Positions 28,704-32,000 of a stretch of DNA of 32,000 nt are shown in pieces. The DNA comes from Haloquadratum walsbyi C23. GTDB taxonomy: Archaea > Halobacteriota > Halobacteria > Halobacteriales > Haloferacaceae. The notes under the pieces are model-generated. The model did not search any database and was not told the DNA's origin. It worked only from the letters and a program-made list of their open reading frames with translations. The DNA is taken from assembly GCF_000237865.1 (NCBI RefSeq), contig NC_017459.1, positions 2,070,001 through 2,102,000 of the forward strand, read 5' to 3'. Positions within the stretch are counted from its first letter, which is position 1, and every line of letters starts with the position of its first letter. A program made the position numbers and the translations under genes.

Positions 28704-29069
28704 ATGAGTGCCGAGACAGATGATGCGGGTGGTGAAACAACTGTAACGATTACTCAACAAGCGGCGTCTGAAGCTATCCAATTGATTGAGTCAGAAGGTC
28801 TTGATACCGACAAGGCAGGCTTGCGACTGTTCGTTCAACAAGGCGGTTGTGCAGGATTATCCTATGGGATGCGGTTCGATCATGAGCCAGAGCCTGACGA
28901 TGCAATTGTTGAACAAAATGGATTACGTGTGTTCGTTGACCCCGCAAGTCAAAATTATATTGGCGGGTCAAGACTACAGTATGAGGGCGGACTGCAAGGC
29001 GCCGGCTTTCATGTTGACAATCCGAATGTTGTCAGTGAGTGTGGATGCGGTGAATCATTCCGAACATAG
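28704..29069 (+). CDS. Iron-sulfur cluster insertion/assembly protein, HesB/IscA/SufA family
   Basis: 121 aa. QQGGCAGLSYGM and the C-terminal CGCGESF motif are present. Confidence 0.9.
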   Translation: MSAETDDAGGETTVTITQQAASEAIQLIESEGLDTDKAGLRLFVQQGGCAGLSYGMRFDHEPEPDDAIVEQNGLRVFVDPASQNYIGGSRLQYEGGLQGAGFHVDNPNVVSECGCGESFRT

Positions 29070-29167
29070 TGTGCCGCGAGAACGACACTGACTTTCTTAG
29101 CTAACCAAGATTATCGTAGCAATTGACTGTTGAGACGCCTCTGTTTACATACGTAACTGGTCTGGTA

Positions 29168-29380
29168 TTAGCATTCGATAGCTGTATTGAGGACCTCATA
29201 TTGAGTTCGTGGATCACGACGCACGCAAACGTGATACCAATGTAATGGTATTTCGAGACAGACTTGATACTCAATATCCAGTATATTACTGTTCCACCCG
29301 TCCATGATACCGGTAGCATCGGTCCTCGTATACTCAATTGTATCAAAAGGATGCGTTGCGACCGTGATAATGTGTGACAA
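29168..29380 (-). CDS. Possible small hypothetical protein (70 aa)
   Basis: Intact acidic ORF, divergent from 29403..29777. No recognisable motif. It competes with an overlapping ORF at 29101..29346 whose composition is poorer. Confidence 0.3.
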   Translation of the reverse strand: MSHIITVATHPFDTIEYTRTDATGIMDGWNSNILDIEYQVCLEIPLHWYHVCVRRDPRTQYEVLNTAIEC

Positions 29381-29402
29381 ATTTTATATTCAACGGTAGT
29401 AT

Positions 29403-29777
29403 ATGTATTATTGTATGCCCACTGTTAGCACGCCTCTACTAGAGGAGGCCCAGGCAATATTCGCACGTCTTGGGTACAGTGTGTCGGGCGACGGATCGGA
29501 GTTCATCGCTGAACGGAAATGGCGAAGTGTCCACGTGACAGTGCTTCGTTCCGGCGCGACACTAAGTAATAAACGCGCACGAACAGATGGCGGCACAGTA
29601 TCAAATCAGTGTCAACTGCGATGCTTTGTCGCTCCCAAGACTGAGACCACACTTATCAAAGAGCGACTCACAGCGATGAATCCTGAGTATGAGTGGGCGA
29701 TTATGGGTGTTGAGTCCAATGAGGATGGAAAGGGACATACAGATAAATATGATGTCATATTACCGGAGACAAACTAG
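29403..29777 (+). CDS. Hypothetical protein (124 aa)
   Basis: Intact ORF with a plausible globular composition. Alternative start at Met5 (29415). The D...E-R-K pattern (GDGSEFIAERKW) hints weakly at a PD-(D/E)xK fold. Confidence 0.55.
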   Translation: MYYCMPTVSTPLLEEAQAIFARLGYSVSGDGSEFIAERKWRSVHVTVLRSGATLSNKRARTDGGTVSNQCQLRCFVAPKTETTLIKERLTAMNPEYEWAIMGVESNEDGKGHTDKYDVILPETN

Positions 29778-30054
29778 CAGGATATAGCTCATGTCATAAA
29801 AAGCGTCTTATTAATCGAAGGGGCGCATCCGTGGTACGATGTTAACATCTATGTAGTCTTAAACAGGTCACTAGGTCACTGTGAACTCACCCCGAGGCAG
29901 TCGTCTTGTACCGTCTGCACATATTGTGTCCTTGACTCCTTCTCAACAGATTCGTATATCGATTCTATTGAATAACGACGAAGACCCTCTCTGACAGATT
30001 CAGTGTCGATGCGTACCGACGAATATTTTCGCGCTGGTATCTCATCACCACGAG

Positions 30055-31476
30055 ATGCCGCGATTGCTTCAGTACTCGGATGTTGAGAACGTCTTTGACA
30101 ATCCACGCCAAGCAGGACGCCTTGCTGGAGCGATCAGGACTCGGAATGATGATCACACAATTATCTGCGGGACCGGAGATAATACCGCACCGGGCGTCCT
30201 TGCATTAATTGACCGTGGGCAACAGGCGTTAGAATTATTCGAAGCGATCAATACGGATGTTGAAACATTCGGAAATCATGATTTTGATTTTGGAATCGAA
30301 GCCATACAGTCGATTGTCGCAGCAAGTCCACAGACGTGGGTATCAACAAATATCTATCATCAAGATGATGATGGAACCGCTGGGGAGCGGTTTGCTGCGA
30401 ATGATTCCGTTCCAACAACAATTGAATCGGTAAATAAAGAAACGGTTGGATTTATTGGCGTGACAGACCCGGCGACGCCATCATTGAACCCAATGGCTGA
30501 TGAGCTCTATTTTACCGATCCATATAATGCAGCAGAAAAAGCAGTTGGAACACTTCAGGCGGCTGATGTCGATCATATTGTTGCGCTTTCGCATCTCGGA
30601 AGTGGGGATGATAAACTCGCTCGACAAACAGATATTGATGTTATCCTTGGCGGACATCTCCACACGAAAAGACATGAATGGGTCGATGGAACACTCTGCG
30701 TGCGACCAGGTGCGGGTGGCAAGACAATTACCGAAGTGACACTCAACAACGGAGATATCACTGCAACACAGCATGAGACAGCTACTGCGCCACTGGCAGA
30801 TGATGTTGTTTCAGCGCTCCAGGGTCGGATTGACGCTGCAGGGCTTGATCAAGTCGTTGCGCATACCTCACAGCCACTTGAGCGGACTCACAGTGACGTG
30901 TTTGCAGGTGAATCACGAATTGGAAATTTTGTCGCTGATGCATATCGGTGGGCGCTTGACACTGATATTGGACTACAAAATAGCGGTGGAATCAGAAACG
31001 GTCCAGCATTGAGCGGCGATATCACAACTGCTGATCTTATGAGCGTCGTTCCATTCAATGAGCATATCGTCTGTGCAGAAATAACTGGGGAAACGTTACG
31101 TGCAGTGTTGCGTGAATCAGCCGCATCAGTCGTCGACTTTGGTGAACCGGGATGGTGGCACAGTCATCTTTCAGGGGCGAGAGTTGTATGGGATGAGGAT
31201 GCTGAAACAATACAGGCAGCTTCTGTTGATAATCAACCGATTGCTCCTAGGCAGTCATATACGCTTGCGACATCAGCATATGTGCTACACAGCGATCATG
31301 AGTTCCCAACGCTCACTAATCATCACCGTGTTGGTGAAGGTGGGATTCAATTTGAGATTCTGATAGAGTATGCTCGCGAGCAAGGAGTTGACGTAGCAGT
31401 TGAGGGGCGTGTCAAACGAATTGGGTCATCTGATAGTCAGTCTGCATCGCAGAGTCCGAGCGCCACTACTGATTGA
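30055..31476 (+). CDS. 5'-nucleotidase / 2',3'-cyclic phosphodiesterase-family metallophosphoesterase
   Basis: Metallophosphoesterase motifs CGTGDNTAPG, GNHDFDFG and SHLG...GGHLH. The C-terminal 5'-nucleotidase domain contains IGLQNSGGIR and VVPFNE. Confidence 0.85.
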   Translation: MPRLLQYSDVENVFDNPRQAGRLAGAIRTRNDDHTIICGTGDNTAPGVLALIDRGQQALELFEAINTDVETFGNHDFDFGIEAIQSIVAASPQTWVSTNIYHQDDDGTAGERFAANDSVPTTIESVNKETVGFIGVTDPATPSLNPMADELYFTDPYNAAEKAVGTLQAADVDHIVALSHLGSGDDKLARQTDIDVILGGHLHTKRHEWVDGTLCVRPGAGGKTITEVTLNNGDITATQHETATAPLADDVVSALQGRIDAAGLDQVVAHTSQPLERTHSDVFAGESRIGNFVADAYRWALDTDIGLQNSGGIRNGPALSGDITTADLMSVVPFNEHIVCAEITGETLRAVLRESAASVVDFGEPGWWHSHLSGARVVWDEDAETIQAASVDNQPIAPRQSYTLATSAYVLHSDHEFPTLTNHHRVGEGGIQFEILIEYAREQGVDVAVEGRVKRIGSSDSQSASQSPSATTD

Positions 31477-31772
31477 ACTTCACAGCATACTATTCAAGTG
31501 AATTAACCCAAGGCGATTGCATTCACCGGTAGTAAATGATGCCAGTCCATACAGATCAGGATCTCCACAACCGTTATCAAGAAATTAAAGAGATGGTATT
31601 ATGTGTGAATGCAGTTAATTACAGATCGATTTAGTATAATGGGTGTGTTGTTTGACTCTGATATCTCTGCCTTTGGATTAAACTGTGAGATGAATCAATG
31701 ATTCCATATTTCAACACTGTGGTCATTGTTGCAAGTGAAAACGTTCAGGATGCGTGAGAGAGTCTACATCAA

Positions 31773-32000
31773 ATGATGACGCGTGTGGTTGTGCCGGTTC
31801 GATATCCGTTGACAGAGCACTCGCGGGCAACACTTGCTGAGGCTATCTCAATTGCAGGTGAGCAAACTGCAGAATTAACTGTTCTTCATGTTGACCTGTA
31901 TCAGCAAGGTGATGATGTTAGTCGTGCAGAATTAAAGCGTGCTGTTGAGGCTGCTTTCGGTCCCATTGAGCGGGCACGTTATGTCGTTCGGCGCGGATTT
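31773..32000 (+). CDS. Universal stress protein (UspA family), N-terminal part; the 3' end lies outside the window
   Basis: I translated this myself: MMTRVVVPVRYPLTEHSRATLAEAISIAGEQTAELTVLHVDLYQQ... This is the typical Usp N-terminal strand-helix-strand. The frame is open to the window end. Confidence 0.7.
   Translation, partial: MMTRVVVPVRYPLTEHSRATLAEAISIAGEQTAELTVLHVDLYQQGDDVSRAELKRAVEAAFGPIERARYVVRRGF

Noticed and set aside
1-32000. Mobile elements, prophage, or defence or toxin-antitoxin systems
   Set aside because: I recognised no transposase, integrase, recombinase, terminal inverted repeats, restriction-modification, Cas, or paired small toxin/antitoxin ORFs. The single RHH gene at 1658..1870 has no adjacent partner ORF.

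Overview
This 32 kb window looks like chromosomal core DNA from a low-GC, acid-proteome haloarchaeon (Haloquadratum-like; this is inference from about 48% GC and strongly acidic proteins). It is mostly housekeeping genes. There is a translationally coupled branched-chain amino-acid operon (leuA/cimA-family, ilvB, ilvN, ilvC, leuC, leuD, leuB). It is followed by ptsH-ptsI (HPr and Enzyme I) and a class II fructose-bisphosphate aldolase. On the minus strand sits a replication cluster, priS-ginS-bcp. Also present are an Hsp20-like gene coupled to CDC48, hisD, an IscA/HesB-type Fe-S protein, a 5'-nucleotidase-family metallophosphoesterase, and several small conserved hypotheticals. I found no transposase, integrase, CRISPR array, tRNA, rRNA or recognisable defence system. 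The most interesting locus is the priS/hisD divergent intergenic region. It holds a ~430 nt GC-rich, ORF-free, heavily self-complementary element, which I call a structured ncRNA. My best guess is RNase P RNA on the minus strand, but the canonical CR-I motif is not visible. This element abuts a (GGGTTT)n G-quadruplex-type microsatellite enclosed by a 13 bp inverted repeat. Other items worth a second look: an apparent 1-nt frame problem in a C4 run at the 5' end of leuA; a 0.7 kb atypical insert between leuA and ilvB; a ~300 aa low-complexity insertion in GINS; and widespread hexamer-repeat-encoded T/D/E/S tails on otherwise ordinary enzymes. All functional calls come from motif recognition by eye, and no database search was run.
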